Below are positions 36,401 to 50,283 of a stretch of DNA of 64,000 nt, piece by piece (within the stretch, counting starts at the first letter, position 1; every line of letters starts with the position of its first letter). The notes below the pieces were generated by a model that was not told the DNA's origin, searched no databases, and saw only the letters and a list, made by a program, of their open reading frames with translations. Both the position numbers and the translations under genes were made by a program. The stretch covers positions 107,012,001 through 107,076,000 of the forward strand of contig NC_059427.1 in the NCBI RefSeq assembly GCF_021028975.2, in the 5' to 3' direction. Source of the DNA: Sphaerodactylus townsendi (Eukaryota).

Positions 36401-39400
36401 AGTTCAAAAAACATGGAAGCATCACTTTGTTTCAACGATCCAAACATATTTCTTCTCAGTTCTGATCTTTTGGTAATCATAGTGTATTCCCACCTCACAT
36501 TTCACAGTATATTGTTTCTGAACAAACATGGATGGATTCCGCACAGCATAAATAACAGGTTACATCTGTTCTTTTTGATTCTGGGTCTATTTTATTCCCT
36601 TTTTGTCCTTAATTTTCCATGAAGGAAATAATCCATTTTCTTTCTTCCTCTTCACATGAATCCACTTTTTTTATTACAATGCAAATGTGCAGGCACAAAC
36701 ATCCTATTTTTCCTGTGTTCTGACTGGCTGTTCCATCACAGCCCCCCTTCCTCCTGTTCCTTCCCTCTGCTGAGGGAACGCTTCTTATTCATGGAGTCTC
36801 TACAGCAACCCTGGCAGCCCAAGCAGGACCTTCCCCTCCCTTTTCTCCAGTGGAGAAAAAAAGTTTAGGGCTTTGAAATCACACACATGTAAACATGAAG
36901 CATGTGACCCCCTTCCCCTTAATGTTGTGATATACAAAATAATAAAATCTGTCCAAAAGGGGAACAAAGCAATATGTCCCATCCACATCCAAAGGTGTGC
37001 ACCTGCCTAGCTACTTGCTCTGAGCACCCAAAAAACAAAAAGAAAAGAAAACGGGGCCATTACTCGCAAAACCCTGTTTGTTGTGAATCTGTTGCTGGAA
37101 ACATTTTGGTGAAATGGCATTCACAGTTGCTGTCAATGAGAGAAAACATGTTTGGGGGACATTTCTGAAATGGCAGACTATCACACCAATCAGCAGCTCA
37201 ACAGAAATGAAACTGACATGATGTAAGGAAGGAGAACACTTGACGGGGCGGGAAAATTAAAGGGGTTGGGCGCCCATGCCATTCTCTTAGTAGCAGATTA
37301 AACCTGAAATTTTCCAAAAACATTGTAATTTTGGCGTTTTTTGAAAAAACAAGGTTGAGGGAAATATCATGGGTCAATCCCGCTTTGGGGGAGGGACCCA
37401 TGCGAAGTCCTTCCCCAAACCAGGATATTTCCTTTCGTCAACCCATTATATTTCTACTGTGTGGAATCCACCATGGTTCCTTCCCCATATTAATGTTCTG
37501 GACTGGATGTGGTTTTGCTAGTAGCATGGAACAAGTTGGATGTTACCTGTGACCTCCCTGCCACAAGCAACATGGCACATTTCCTCTCCTTCATCACAAC
37601 CATGTTTGGGTTTTATTTTAAATGTCAATTCTCTGCTCAAATCTCTTTTTTTTTTCATGCAAACTTACAAGGCCTAACAATTGCTTTATAACTTGAATTC
37701 CTTGCCACAGGAAACTTCTCAAAAATTCATGCTCGCACAACCTGGCAAGATTCCTATTAGTCATCTTGTAATCTTTTTGCTGACAGCACGGGATATACAT
37801 ATTTTATATTATAAATATAGCATAGGATGTGATGTTTGTCTTGATATTCCTGTGATAACATTTGCCTATGAACTTTGTCTTATTTTCATTTAATTAAATT
37901 ACCTTGCTGTACTTTGTTCATCTTTTAAAATATTTTAAAATTATATCCTGCTTTTTTCAGTTTCTGCCAATAATAGAAATATCTCTTCCAACCCCATCAT
38001 TCAGAACGAGAACTTAACATTTTTATTTAACTTCATTCCGTATGTGCTCCTGCAGCTGCATGGTACATCCCTTACATCTAGCCTAGCTGGAACTTCTGCA
38101 CTGTTGGAGAATCATTTTATATTACCACCACCCAAATGCTCATCAGGTAGGAATAGGAGATAGCAAGGGATAATTCTAGTTACCTTCCAGCTATGCAGAG
38201 CATTGAAGCGCTATGTAATCTTTCAGTTGCATAAACATTCCATGTATGTTGTAATGCTTTAGAAAAGGGATACTGTCAGAGATAAGTACTGGAAGACAGG
38301 GCAACAGTCAGAGGCTAGGCAACAGTGGAGTTCTGCATGAGGAGGTGGCTGAAATGAGCTATCACAAATTAATCCCCAAATTTATTTTACAGTGCACTTC
38401 TAAATAGAGTCTCAACCTTCTAAACCTATCTACTTCAATGCATTTAGAACCAAGCTTGAAAATGTACTAGGTTTGGATTTGATACTCAACTGAGCCTATT
38501 TAACATTATATGAACCTACCCAAAGCCACATATTTGGTCTCGATGGTATTTGCAAACTGCCTCCATAGTTATTTTCTATTTTTAATAACTTCAGAGTCAT
38601 TCTCAGTTCTCTCACCCTTTAAAGAAGCAAAATAAGCTTTCTCTTTTTTCATGTAATGTCACAACACTACCTCCTAGTATGAATGCACAGAAGATGTCAA
38701 ATTTGATTATATTATGCTTAGTTTATCGTGGCTGCACTACCACACTTTGTTTCTGAACCAGTTCCTGTGTGTTACTCTGGGCAAAGTCAAGAGTAGCCTT
38801 TCCTCTTCTGTGCTTTGGAATGAATAGTTCCAAGGAGATTTTGTTTACTGTACTCAAATTGTCTCTCCAAATTATGTCCCTATATGACATCCAACTAGAC
38901 TATATTTGGTACATTACAATACAAACAAATATTATTGCTTATTTTAGATTGTGGTAGGCAGTTTGTTCAACGGGGCAAAATGAGACCATACTGTAATCCT
39001 GTTAAATGTTTGCTTGTTTTACATATTTTAAAATATGTATTATGATTGCTAAGGAAAAATGTAATATTCACAAAATAGGGCTGATATACAATTGAACTTC
39101 CTCCAAGATGATGCTTAACTCGGTATGTATGCTATTAGGATACTGGGGAAAGGGACAATTCAACATAGCCATGATCTCTCAGGTAATGCCAACAAAGAAA
39201 ATAGTTAGACATAATAGTAGTAAAATAGGATTAGGAAAATAATAAGGCAAATAGTAGGAAAATAGTAAGGCAAAAAATAGGAAAATAGTAAGGTAAAAAT
39301 CAAAACTTCTTCCATTAAAGAGCTGAGTTAAAGTAAATTTATTCATTTGCTAATATAAAGAAAACTTTAACTCCTGCACTACAGCAGAACATACATAGAA

Positions 39401-39963
39401 CAATTTCTGATTCCTTCATCATTTAAGATTTTGTTTTCCACATCAGATTTCTGTCACATGCATTCCTTCAATTCCGTCTTGGATAGTGAAGAGTTTTAAA
39501 AGTAAGCACCAGCATTTCAAAATTAATCCAGAAACAAATTGGCAATCAGTGAAGAGATCTCCCCACCCCATTTGAAGAGATACACTGTTAAGGCTGTTGC
39601 AGCCCCCCCACCACCACCACCTCACTTGGACAGCCATGCTGCCAGGACTCCTGGCCTTCTCCGCCCATCTGAATAGTGACACTGCCAGACTCGAAGCAGT
39701 ACTCCACATTTTCTGAAAAGGCAGCCAGGATCTCTGCTGCTATCAGTTCAAAAGGTAAGGACATTGTATGTGCATATAGAGATGAAGGTTTTTTTTAAAA
39801 AAATTGTGGCATTTAACACACACACACGTTGTTGTTTTTTAATTTTCATTTTTCTGCAAATTTGGGGAGTACATGAGTTTGAAGAATCATTTGTTTGGGA
39901 TGGGTGTGCCCCCTATCTGTGGGTTCAAGTATCACAAATGGAATTAGATATATAGCTACACTC

Positions 39964-41552
39964 TGTGCCACACAAATGCAATTTATCCCTAAAATCAGCC
40001 TCCATCCCTGAAGACTGGAAGATGGCCAATGTCACACCAATCTTTAAGAAAGGATCTAGGGGGGACCCAGGAAATTACAGGCCAGTCAGTTTGACATCTG
40101 TTCCTGGTAAATTAGTAGAATCTATCATTAAAGATAAAATTATTAAACATGTAGAAAAGCAAGACCTGCTGAGGAAGAGTCAGCATGGCTTTTGCAGAGG
40201 CAAGTCCTGTCTTACAAACTTACTAGAGTTCTTTGAGGGTGCAAACAGACATGTGGATAAGGGGGAACTGGTGGAAATTGTCTACTTGGATTTCCAAAAG
40301 GCTTTTGACAAAGTTCCCCACTAAAGACTATTGAGAAAACTCAGCAATGAAAGAATAAGAGGGGAAGTCCTTCTATGGATTAAAAACTGGTTGAGGAACA
40401 GGAAGCAAATGGGAAGTTCTCACAATGGAGAGATGTAGGTAGTGGTGTCTCCCAAGGATCAGTTTTGGGACCAGTGCTCTTTAACCTATTCATAAATGAC
40501 CTGGAAGTAGGGGTGGGTAGCGTGGTGGCCAAGTTTGCGGATGTTACCAAATTATGTAAGGTGGTGAGAACCGCAAAGGATTGGCATGTAAGAGACTCCA
40601 AAGCGGTTAGCCTTGATAAATTAAATTGTAGTGGGCTAAGAAATGGCAAATGCAGTTCAATGTAGCAAAATGTAAAAATTGATGCACATAGGGGCAAAAA
40701 ATCCAAACTTCACATACGCGCTACAGGGGTCAGTGCTATCAGTCACAGACCAGGAAAGGGATTTGGGCGTCTTAGTTGATAGTTCCATGGGAATGTCAAC
40801 TCAGTGCATGGCAGCTGTGAAAAAAGGCAAACTCTATGCTGGGGATAATTAGGAAAGGAGTTGATAATAAAACTGCAAAGATTGTCATGCCCTTATATAA
40901 AGCAGTGGTGCAACTGCACTTGGAGTACTATGTTCAGTTCTGGTCGCCACATCTCAAAAAGGATATCGAAGAGATAGAAAAAGTGCAGAGAAGGGCAATG
41001 AGGATGTTTGAGGGATTGGAGTACCTTCCTTATGAAGAGAGGCTGCAGCATTTAGGACTCTTTAGTTTGGAAAGGAGACGTCTGAGGGGGGATATGATTG
41101 AAGTCTATAAAATTATGCATGGGGTAGAAAATGTTGACAGAGAGACTTTTTTTTTCTCTTTCTCACAATATTAGAACCAGGGGGCATACATTGAAAATGC
41201 TGGGGGGAAGAATTAGGACTAATAAAAGGAAACATTTTTTCACGCAACATGTGATTGGTATTTGGAATATGCTGCCACAGGAGGTGGTGAGGGCCACTAA
41301 CCTGAATAGCTTTAAAAAGGGGACAGATTTATGGAGGAGAAGTCGATCTCTGGCTACCAATCTTGATCCTCCTTGATTTGAGATTGCAAATGCCTTACAG
41401 ACCAGGTGCTCAGGAACAACAGCCGCAGAAGGTCATTGCTTTCACATCTTGCATGTGAGCTCCCAAAGGCACCTGGTGGGCCACTGCGAGTAGCAGAGTG
41501 CTGGACTAGATGGATTCTGGTCTGATCCAGCAGACATGTTCTTATGTTCTTA
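39964..41552 (+). mobile_element. 5'-truncated CR1 LINE (RT domain to 3' end), inactivated
   Basis: IPEDWKMANVTPIFKKGSRGDPGNYRPVSLTS...[32 protein letters not shown]...KFAD, and LGLFSLERRRLRGDMIEVYKI. Contains stops and frameshifts. 3' TTCTTATGTTCTTA tail. Confidence 0.95.
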
Positions 41553-44500
41553 AAAATAATGTAGATTGTGTATTCCTCCGCCACAGAACAAAGCAAGCTG
41601 GACCTTCTTTGTTGTAGAATGCTCCTCCTGGGTTCTAGCGTCTGCTCTCCCCATCCATTTGAAAGTAAAAATATATTTTGGCATCAATGATCTTGTATCA
41701 AACTACCATGTTCAATACAGCACAAAATAATAGTTTTGACAAAAGCACTGCATAACAATGAATGATAATTCTCACACTTGTTTGGAACTATGTTCTAATG
41801 TGGAAGCATACAACCTTCTCAACTACTGCACCTTAACTGACCGATCTATCATCTTTCTGTGGAACACAGTATAGATTAGAGTTTTAGTATTTTAAAAATA
41901 TTTTTATATATATTGGCTTTGCTGTAAGCTACTTCAGGAATAGTTTATGGTAAGCTGTAAACAATCTAAAAGAATAAAATAAATTATGTGTATTGATTAC
42001 ATTCACAATAGTTCAATATAAATAAATGACACAGCAATTGATTCTACATTTTTTAATCTTAGCTCTCTCAGGTCTTATTTTCAAAAACAAATGCTTGCAT
42101 ATTACAAAACATTGTTAGACATTCTGGCTTAATGTTTTCCTGCTCAGCTGGAAGTGAGTTTTGGGGATTATTGTGGGGAAAATCCTACCCCTATCCTACC
42201 ACTCTATCAAGGGCACTTTGTTTATTAAAATATTGATGCCTCCCCTTTTCTTCTCACCTAAGTTTGAAGCCTTCAGTCAATCTAAGCATCTCTCCTCCAA
42301 ATGGCTCTTTCATTAAAGAAAGATTCATAATTTGAAGGAAGGTTCCTTTTTGGATCCACCCCAAAGTTTTTGCTTGTTTGCCCAGAAGAGGAAAATGGGA
42401 GTTGAGACACTGTCTAACTATTTGGATGATGTTATGTAATTCCCAATTTAGAATTATTCTGAGGAGCAAAGTTAAAATGGCCATCACTTCATGCCTTTTT
42501 TCAACACATGCCAAGAACAAATTCGATTTGACATTATCCTGGCAAGACCAAGACCTTGTGGTTTTGCACTGAACACTTGTATGCCACTTGTCCTTGTCAG
42601 GTTCATTTTGAAGAAGTCTGAACAATTGACAGACTGATAGCTCCTTTGTATGATCATCATTATACTTCATTCTTAACTTGGGACTGAATATTTCTTGCCT
42701 AAATAACAGTGTAAAAAAGAATGATTGGTTGGCATGCAGAAGTATAAAATGTCATAGTGCCTTATGGTTCACTTGTGTGGACAGCCTTTTTCCCCTCTAC
42801 AAAAGACTTTTCAGTTGTCAGTCATAGTTGGATTGGGATCTCTGTCAAGTCTCTGCTATTAAGCAAAGCTGACATTTCACCTTTCAAATAAAGGCTAATC
42901 TGGTTTTGTTCATTCTTGTCCGTGATGTATCAAGCAGCATCTCAAAAGAGAAAAATGAAATTGTAGATGGCACGAGGCTTGAAATCTCTTTGTTCCCATG
43001 TAAAACACCAGAGCTAAGAGACAGTTTTGCTACTGACTATGACATGTCCCATCACTGGGCTGCCTGCCCTGCCTTTCTTGTTTCTGCCCCACTTTGCTGT
43101 TTTATGGGCATCCCTGAAGTTCACGAAGGAGAAGGGCTTAGAATGGCAATGGCAGGAATGACTGGGAGAGCAGTATACTGCATCTGATGGACTTGGATGA
43201 AGGGGACCTAAATTCAAATTCCTATTCAACCAACTGGGTGATCTTGGGCCAGCTACCATTTCACCTTCAAAGGGCTGGTATAAAAAGTTGCATAATAGTT
43301 GAAATAGTTGCATGATGGCATTGCATAATTGGTATATTTGTTTATTTCAGTATTTTCATCCTATGTTTCCCCAATGGGGAACTCAAAGATTACAAAATAC
43401 ACATTGCAAAATGGTGCAATTTTACTCCAAACAAACCAACACACATATCCAACTCTTGGGTCTTCTGGCATAACTCCCTGAAGGTCTCCAACTACAAGCT
43501 GTGAGCTAAGTGGGTCCAAAGCCTATTTTGGCCCTTGACCTTTGATTTATGCCTCTAGCTACGTTCAGGCCAAATTCCTGCAAAGGCAACAGGTAAAATT
43601 ATATGGAAAGAAGTATCCATATTTGTTGCCAAAAGTTTAATATGGCCTGTCCTAAAATAGTCTCACAATGCTCCAAAAATCAGGGAATATTTGGTTTCAA
43701 ACTAGATGAGATGCTCAGAACTGAATCTTTAGGATGCTTTTCTTTGAAAATTGCAGCCATGGGCAAATCTAGTTTGAATAAGACCATGGTCAGTGGGAGA
43801 AAGCTTTAACCATTTCTCTGTGTGCCAGACTGCTGGCCTGAAATGGTGCTGTAGAATTTCTGATTGCCAACTGAGACAAAGCTATATTTCCTGCAAGGGG
43901 GAAAGGGAGGGAAAGGTTAATCCAACCCAACTGCCCCTATTTACAAAGCAAAAGTTTTTGGGAGCTCTAACCTCAGAACTGTTAGCATCTCCTCTAGGTA
44001 GGCCTTATCTTGCTGTTTAGGTTCTTAGTTTAATAAATATCCCCTGATTATTTTTCAGGGGGGGGAGCTACAAGGGGACAGGGGGCATGTTGCAATGGGT
44101 GTGTGCTTGGGGGGTGAGAAAATCACCCTTACCCCACCCCCCTTTTCCCTCACCCCGCCTCACCTTGCCAGCCCCCACCCCACCAGCGTGGCCTGTTTTC
44201 AGCTGGCAGAAAGTTGTTTTCTGCCAGCTGGAAAAGGTAAGTGGAGGTGTGCGTGGGGAGGCGGGGAGGCTTTAAAATAAAGCCAGGTTTTTTAAATCAT
44301 ACTAATTTTAAAATGTGTTGATCAAAAAACTAAATTATGCCTCTGGAAAATGCTGTCTTCAGATTTGGCAGGGCGGGGGGTGGGTAAGGAGGGAGGGAGA
44401 TAATGCAATTGTTTACTGCCCAGTATCTTAATTTTCACAATGCTATTTGAATAAAAAGTTTGGTATACTAAATTAGGAATAAAATTTTCCTACATGAACA

Positions 44501-45749
44501 TTTTCTCGAAAGTTACAGCACTTTATTTTTATTTTTCTGAATCTTCCATCCACTATAAGAACACACACACCCTTTTTTCATAACACTGAAATCCTGTCAA
44601 AAGAAAGTCCCAGTGAAAATCCAATTAAACAACTACAATCAGTGATTACTGAATTAAGTGTCTAATCAAACCCATCAATTGATTAAGGCTTTTAGTTTAT
44701 TCCTGTTTGCTAGGCACTTTATCAGGCTCGCTGCTTCACTTGAGTGATATCCCATCTCTTGAGATGAATCAGCAATTTGAGCTGATGCAGATGCTAACAA
44801 TCAGCCCAATCTCCAACATGTACTGGAATATGGATATAAAGATTATATACACCCAACTTCACACACACACACACACACACACACACCCAAACCCCATGTG
44901 TGACTCAGGCATATATAGGGACCTTCCAGAACTTTAAAACCGCATAAAGTATCTTATATAATAGATCAAGTATTCGCTGTCACATGCCCTCCTTTCCTCC
45001 AGCCATCACCTGAAACAGTGCAATAACATGAGGGCTTTATGGCACTTTATGTGAGAAGAAGGGACCAGAAAACAAATAATTTGCAAGTCTGCAGTACCCA
45101 CAATTTTACGAACATAAAATCAGCATTCAGTGAGCAAAAAGTGTGTGTGGAGGGGAATATGACAGGGGGAAATCCAAGTACTAAACCTTGGAGAATGAGC
45201 AGGAGGCAGGCTGTACAAGCAGGGAGACAGAGATCCAAGAGGACGCTGAATATAACAGAAGAGGTATAAACCCTAAGGAACAATGGCCCAAGAAACTGGG
45301 ATGTTGTAGGAAGATGGAGCATGTAAAACAGAACAATGAGGAGGTTAGGCTGAGAAATTGCTCCTTTATTTGTGATAGCCCCGAAAAGAAGAGGCACCTG
45401 ATTTCTTTAAAAAAAATCTGATTTTTTTCACTCCAGGAAGAGAGAGAGAGAGCTATCTGGAGGTTAAAAAAATTAATCATGGGACAATTCCAGAAGAGCC
45501 CTAGAGCAAGATTACTCTCTCACCTTAAGAGCCAGAAAAAACAACAATTATTGCTTCCAAAATCTTTAATTTATATTCAAACTATCGGAAATCTATCCTG
45601 TTATTCCATCGCCACCCGAAGGCGGGACTGGTTCTTCTCAGAATCTCCAAACCACAATAACAACACAACACTCTTGTCTGTAGGGTTAAAATTTGGCCAT
45701 AGCCAAAATCGTTTATTGACCAAGGATTAAAAAAGCATGAGGTGCAGCA

Positions 45750-46700
45750 TGGGACCTGATCTGTATACTGGACAGCCCTGGTGCTGTCCCCCAATGAAAC
45801 CTTCCTCGAACCCACCTGTTGGAGGAGACCATTAACCTTGTGCAGCAAATGTGGAACTCAGCTAGGCAGAAGGCCCCATGCTGAAGAACTGTTATACCAC
45901 CAAGGGGTGCAAGCCTCAGTAGCCCCCACCTGGGCATCCTGATTCATGGTTTGCTCCACCTCAAACCTCTTACGGAGGTACTACCAAAGAAGGTAGCTCC
46001 CCATCTCCCCTCACCATCAGATCAGTTCCCATGTGTAATCTGCCAAAAGAGTGAGATGGGACCCCCCAGCTCCTGCCAAACACTTCACCCATTTTAGGCC
46101 AATCACACTACTCTGACCTCAGGCTGTGCTGCCCCAGGTCCACCCCAGTCCGACAAGTGAATCCATCAATTCAACAGTGTGTGGGTCCTGACGACAATGC
46201 CTCATGCTAGAGCATCCACCACACTGTCCATAAAACTGCCTTGCAGGTATCACGCCTGCAGAGTTCACCCGCTTGGGTGATGAGGTGCTCAGCCAAGCAC
46301 TCCTCTTGAGCAGCTGTGACTAACAGGTTACTGAACTAATGGATTACAGTACTTGATCCAAGCTGGCCTACAGCATTCCCATTTGCCAGCACGGCTCTTC
46401 TGCCTGACTGAGTCCATTCGCTCACGTGCAAGGTCACCCTGCCGAGCACACCTCACAAGCAGCTGCAACCAAAGGAGTACAGCACTTGGTATGAGCTGGC
46501 CTCCAGTATCCAGGGTTGCCAGCATGGCCACATTGCCTGGCAAAGCTCATGCACTCCATTGCTGACCAGTGGATTGCACTTGGTCAGGTTCAAAAGGTGC
46601 CCCACCAGGCTCTCCCCATGAGCAGGTGTGCCCAAGGATTACCGTATGTGGCCTGAGTCAGCCAACCGCATCTAATGTAGCAAGCCTGGCATGTTAGCCT
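45750..46700 (-). mobile_element. Heavily decayed DIRS-like (tyrosine-recombinase retroelement) RNase H region
   Basis: Minus strand reads TLDAVG... (TDAS-like, ~46680) and later LQA*YLQGSFMDSVVDALA* (~46262-46203), resembling the DIRS motif L.ARH+PG..N..ADALSR. Confidence 0.4.
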
Positions 46701-46899
46701 GTCAGCGAGTCCCCCAGCATAGCAGCAACAGCGAGTCCCTCGCCTGCCTCTGGAGTCCGTCTAGGAAACCTGCACATTCGTCGGCCAACCCACGTTCATT
46801 CACCTGCTGGAAGCTCCCACTATTCACACAGGACCTGAAGGAGCTAAGAGACAAAAGAATTAAGCCTTAGAAAATGGTGCGATGTGGTAATCCATCAGG

Positions 46900-48650
46900 G
46901 TGCCCAAGGCTGTCTGTGCTGCAACTATGCCTGAAACCAGATTGACATGGGTCCAGAAAATCATCCAACGTCCAAGCAAGCCTGCACTTCATCTATTGCC
47001 ACCATCACCAGGACCTGGCCCCAAAATGGGATGTTGGTCACCAGGTGATAATTTCTCAGCACCATAGGGTCCAAAGAGGGCCTCTTAAAAAGGAGGTCGA
47101 CCACCACCTTTTCAGAAGTGTAGGAACTACTCCTTCCATCAAAGAGGCATTACCACTTCCTGAACCCACTGGGCCAGCCCCACCTTCCCAGCTAGCTTTT
47201 ATCAGCCAGGATGGACAAGGGTCCAAGGCAATAGTAGTAGATGGCATCCCTGGAAGCAACTTGTCCACATCCTCAGACCTCAAAAATTGAAATTGATCCA
47301 ATAAAATCAGATCAGATGGGGCTCTGAACACCTCCATCAGACATTGTTCTAAGGTGGAGTCCAATCCTGCGCAGATATGAGCAAATGTATCCCAAAAGTG
47401 CACAGCAAAATTATCACAACAGATACCAGAAGGCACCCTGACTGCAATCCTCTGAGTGGATGACAGGAAGCAGTTAACCATATGTTGGATGGCTACCTGT
47501 GGATGCAGTGGGGGCTGAGAAATACACTTGTTTTGTCACCACCATTTTATAATGGGCTTTCACAAGTGTTTAGTCAGATCCACAATATGATTTCTGCCAG
47601 CTTCACTCAAGCTGTTGCCACTCCTGCTTCGTTATCCTCAGATCTCCAGTGTACCATGGGGCACAAATGGTACCCAGGAGAAATCATGCCAATGGCCCTC
47701 CTGAATTCACTCTTCCAAAGCAAAACCAAATCCTCAACAGGAATGCTAGCCATGTTGCCCAGAAAATCCCCCAGAACTCTCAGGAATCCTTGGGATTCCA
47801 TAATCTTCCAGGGGCAGTCCATCTTAGTTGGTACCCCACTCCTGCAGTGGGGGAGTGAATCTGAAGCCCAAACTTCACCAGGTAATTATCCATCCATGAC
47901 AAGGAAAAGTCCCCAACTAATGGACCATTTCCAACCTGCCCATCACAAAGACCAAGTTGAGGGTATATCCACCTAAGTGTGTCAAGCAAACAACAACCTG
48001 AAAAATCCCCATTGTTACCATGGTGGCCATGAAGTCCCAAGTTGGACCATCAGAGGCATCCTCAACGCAGAGATTGAAATCCCTCAGAACCACTGTACTG
48101 GGAGCCACCAACACCACCTTTGAGACTGCTTTCATTACATCAGGCAAGGAGGCAGCTGGGCAATGGGCTGAATGGTACATCAGCAGCTGTCCCAATGTCA
48201 TGGGCTTAGAGTCAGCCACCCAGGAGTCCTCTAATGAGAAGTACTGGCAGGATGACCCCATTGTGCTGGAGTGCCAGTCAACTGGGCCTCAAGCACAGCC
48301 AGAAGCCTCATAGGACACAGACAGGCTGGACCAAGGCAAGAGTTGGAAGTTTGCAGACGTACCTCCAGACACTGAGGCCTGAAATAGGAGTCCACCCAGC
48401 TCACCTGAGTCTGTGAGGCAACTGAGAATCTGTACCCAGCAGGAACTGCTCTCTAAAAGGCACTGTGTATGCGTGGAAGCCCCAAGGCATCGCCAAGAAT
48501 GCTATGAGTCAGCTCAGAATCAAGACTGAGCCACAGCACACACATATAAGAGGCAGCTCTGGGAAGTGTCAGTTGCAGGAGCCATGCTATTGAAATTCTG
48601 ACAGCTTTCTGCCACACCTGCTAGCAGATTGATCCTTTGGAACTCAGACT
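46900..48650 (-). mobile_element. L2-clade LINE fragment (APE endonuclease to start of RT)
   Basis: LLMYHSAHC...VVLRDFNL...THLGGYTLNLVF (APE motifs GDFN and TH..G.TLDL) and EDVDKLL...TTIALDPCPSWLIKA...NASL.EG.VP..LK. Confidence 0.85.
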
Positions 48651-50144
48651 AGGACCAGATTGCCTGACCTGAGCTACCTTCGACCCTTAACTGCCTCTTC
48701 CCAAATCTGCTTGGAACATGTTCCTCTGGACTCAGAGTAAGACTGCTCTCTCCCTTTCTCACATCTTGCCTACTACTAGCAACTGTAACCTGACGCCCCA
48801 TGAGCCAGACAGGCCAGGACACCCAACTTGTCTCTCTGGTCAAGCACCAAGAACAAACTTTCTAAACCGGCCATAGGCAGGAGGGTCATCTGGTGAGGAC
48901 CACAGTCATTATAGACCACAGCCACTCCCCCACCCCACTAGCTTAGGCTGGTGCTGCATAAAGGATAATGCTGGCAAACTGCTCTCCTGTCTCCCACTCA
49001 GATTTACAGTCTGCTTTCCCAGGGCTACTCTCTCACCCCAGCCTTGTGATTCACCAACACCATCCATCATGTCAAGTTGCAGTGGCGAGGGGGGCACATT
49101 GGGGTGTGTGTGTGTGTTTCTTCCCTCTGTACCCAACTAGTGGCCCAAAAACACTCTCCTAACTCATGTCAAAGAACCACCTGCACCAACCCAACCCACC
49201 CCCTCAAGCCAATTAAAAGGGAAAAAAGAAAGTGGCCTGCCCCACCCGCACCAGTCCTCAAATGGGCACCCCAAGGCTACTGGCTTCAGGTGTGCTTCTT
49301 GTAGTCATGGTGAGATGGAATGTCCTGCCCCTAAAACAGGTGCACCTTCTCTGGAACGGGCCTCAGCCAGCATTTTCTTTCCACCACAGAGAAACAGCAA
49401 AGCAGCAGCACAAGGGACTGGCACACTTCTTGTAGCTGTGGCAAGCAGGAATTCCCTGCCCCTAAAACAGTTGCAGTATTTAGGCTCACTGAATTTACAA
49501 GACATGCTTTGAATGGATTTTTGTACACTACTGTCACATTAAAGTATATGCTACTTAGCTTTGACAGGGCAGTGGAAAGGCTGACACAATGCTTGTGCAG
49601 TGTGACATATGTTACATAAGCTGCAAGTTCATTAACTTACCAGCAAAGCGACAAAATAAATTCAGTTAAGAAGTGTATGAATTGCCGAACAGATTTCTTT
49701 ACAAAATAACACAATGACTGGTAACTCTACAACTTCCTGAAACCTATCCATAGCTTATCTGTTATATATTTATTATTTATTTTAGAAAATTGGTATGCCA
49801 CATCTATAGACCTGCTCAAAACACCTCACATCAATAAAACAAAATTAAGCATACAATAAAAATAAGAAAAAACCAATCATATCAATAAAAGAATAATTAA
49901 ACAATCTAAGTCAATAATATAAACTAAACAAAAAAAGCAAGCCGGGCCATAACACACATACAACAGTTTAAAATGACACTGATAAAAGAATCCACAGGCT
50001 GGACCAAGAATCCCAATCCTTTTTGATCCTGTGGGCACCACTGAAATTCTGATACCAGATGGTGGGTACAACCACAAAATGGCTGCTGTAGGAGGTGGAG
50101 CCACCCCAGGATGTTCAGAACTGAGGTTATGCATTCGTCTAAAA

Positions 50145-50283
50145 TAGGGGTCTGCAACCTACACCCTCCAGATGTTCATGGACTACAATTCTCATCAAGC
50201 CTGCCAGCACTTGTGTGGCCATGCTGGCAGAAGGCTAATAGTTTAGCAATCATGAACTGGAGAGCAGGTTACCCAGACCCCTG
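50145..50283. mobile_element. Short palindromic hAT (Charlie-like) MITE
   Basis: Termini TAGGGGTCTGCAACCT and AGGTTACCCAGACCCCTG. Internal GGACTACAA and TGCCAGCA/TGCTGGCA symmetry. Confidence 0.65.

Noticed and set aside
45040-45600. Possible L1 ORF1 remnant
   Set aside because: Purine-rich and only vaguely similar; no motif I can defend.
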